Assembly (NCBI GenBank): GCA_002633005.1
Contig: NMRA01000008.1
Location: forward strand, 1,521,328-1,585,327
DNA from: Phoronis australis
Lineage: Eukaryota > Animalia > Phoronida
Length of the DNA: 64,000 bases
Reading direction: 5' to 3'
The notes below the pieces were generated by a model. The model did not search any database. It worked only from the letters and a program-made list of their open reading frames with translations, and had not been told where the DNA came from. Both the position numbers and the translations under genes were made by a program. Numbering within the stretch: position 1 is the first letter of the stretch; every line of letters starts with the position of its first letter. Shown piece after piece: positions 61,770 through 64,000 of the stretch.

Positions 61770-64000
61770 GTTGAGACGGTGATCACTTCCTGCAACCACA
61801 CAGTCACAGTAGATATTGAACACAAGTTACAAAACTACAACCAAACCAAATAACAAACCTCTCAGAACTTTGTAAAATGTCCTTTTTAACAATTATCATT
61901 GGCCGAATCAACTTTTCTGGAAGTAACAAACATTAATCTTCAAGAGCGTGAAAGGAAATTCTCCCGATACAGTGAAATTCTCCCAATTTGAGAACCTGCT
62001 TCAGCTACAAAACACCCGAACAGTTGAATGGGGGTCTGCCTACTTTGTCACTTCGTGCGTCGACAATAAGCCAGCATCATTAATTCACATCCAACTAGTC
62101 TTCTACTTAGGGCTGATTCTTCGTGACATAAGTTGTCAGGATTGAAGTTTCCAGGAAAAGTAGCTTCAGCACTTTTCACATTTTTTCAACTAGTTTTCCT
62201 CTGCCAACACAAAAATCATGGCTTCCTGGTCATGTGATCTTTACATGGCCAATCGATTTTGTCAGCAAGTTTATATACTTCAATAAATAAGCAATACTGA
62301 GCCAGAGGACAAAAAACAATAAGTTTACAAAATTTTGATATATTTAATAATATTTAATTTGATAATAAGTTTTACTGTGTAAAAATAGACCTAAAATTTT
62401 TCGTTATAATCAATTAATGGAAAAAAGAAGTTTTTAAACTTTCTGTACTCATGTCCAGCTCTGTTCTGAGTTTAGGTTTTACGACTACTTCATTATTTCC
62501 ACGTTTTCCGGTGTGCTGCGATATTGCTTCTTCGATTTTGTGTGACAGTGCATCCATATCGAACTTGTGTAATTCACACAGTGGTGTAAGTTGCATTGAT
62601 GCATATATTGACTTTTGCAATACGAAATTTGAAAGAGCTGTTCTATATTGGCTGAATGGAGGGCCAACCACTTTAGTCTCTCAACATCAAGCAGCACTCC
62701 CCTGACCGGCGTGAATGGATGATTGGAAAGCGTTCCGTAAACACACGATAGATAGACGTAGACGCAAACGCGCCCCAGTCTCTCAATAACTTTTACGCTT
62801 TCGACATTTAGTGTGCCGCGGCTATCAATTGCGGACGTGTTCTTGCGAGAACGTGTGTAATGCTCTCATCAAATGAGTGCATTACACACGTGAATTGCAT
62901 TCGTCAAACACTCCATGTATGTAGCAGCACTGCCACAGCCGGCTGACAATTGGTGCGAATATGTTTCATGTTGTTAACCTCCGTGGAAAGTACTTGTTAT
63001 CTTGTTCTAAAGCAACAGTGGGCCAAAGTTTCTCAATTACAGGTATTTAAACTTGCCAACAAATTTGCCTTGAAATTTTCGAGGGTTGGTTTGCTGAAAA
63101 AAGATAATTTTTGAGGGTCTGAATTTTAAGTAACTCCAGAACTGTACAACAGATTTCTAAAATTCAAAAAGGAATGGAACTGGCAGGTTAAAGTCTATCA
63201 TTTAAAATCATGTTCATATGTTTCTGATGGAATTGGCATTGGTTTGTTCACCCTACGGCACAGTCGTCCTTAGCTTCTGTCTGATCGTCCCCAATATACC
63301 ATAGTCATCCTGGTTACCGCCCATGGTGATTAAATTGGGAATCTATAAAACGGGGTGGGCGGTAAGTTAAGCATGGTCAGTTAAAATCGGAATTTGATAC
63401 TTGTGCAAAGCAGGTACTCCACGATATTACTCGGTCGGCTGCGAAAAGAATGAAGCCAAAACGCTGACACGAGTTCTGGGCATGAGCCAAAGGAAACATT
63501 TGTGTCTCCTTCAGTAAAGAGTATGAGGATATGGGTAAGGTTCCGATTCCGCTAAAAATGACTGATTGTCACTGAAAGGTAAGTGAGTTGCGCACAATTT
63601 AGAATCTTAGTTTTGTACGACGAATGTTCACCAGGGCTCGACATAACGAGCTGCAGGTCGCATTTGCGACCTGAAATTTGGAAATGCGAGCTGAGATTTT
63701 TGTCAGCTCGTATAAAGTCGTAAAATGCGACCTGGAATTTCCAACGAATGCGAGCTGAGTTTTTACACTTCTAAACAGATACCTGGCAAATACACAGCAG
63801 CTCTTGTTAATCCGACCGTTATTTGGTTGTTGCCAAATACAAGTTCGAAAGAACCCTAACCGAGAACATGCCTCGATCCCGATGACTTGTAAGCAAGTCG
63901 CGTGAACATGGGATATGCAGAATCGATCTTTGACGCGTTTCATTGGCTAACACTTTCGGCCACTTTTGTAAATTCACGGATTCGCCGAAGAAAGTTTCGG

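Noticed and set aside
62414-62705. Overlapping 70-85 aa ORFs as a possible gene or transposase fragment
   Set aside because: No recognisable motif or splice sites; cannot be supported without a homology search.

Overview
Animal (invertebrate) nuclear genomic DNA, AT-rich and intron-rich; a lophotrochozoan/mollusc origin is my inference from the repeat types and is not proven. Two convergent protein-coding genes were reconstructed by hand, with every splice phase consistent. (1) On the + strand, the 3' eight coding exons (2667-28047) of an SLC7 L-type amino acid transporter light chain (LAT1/LAT2-like); its 5' end lies upstream of the window. (2) On the - strand, an apparently complete 16-coding-exon CCDC186 gene (57976-34446, about 1179 aa) with one GC-AG intron. 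The introns hold many non-autonomous mobile elements and minisatellites. The most striking are two inverted copies (3056-4782 and 48397-50272) of a Helentron/HINE-like element whose ~148-bp internal monomers each carry one CTCF-consensus-like motif, organised as a ~446-bp trimeric higher-order repeat. A fold-back array of alternating inverted ~240-bp units flanks a 941-N assembly gap. No rRNA, tRNA gene, CRISPR array or intact transposase was seen.
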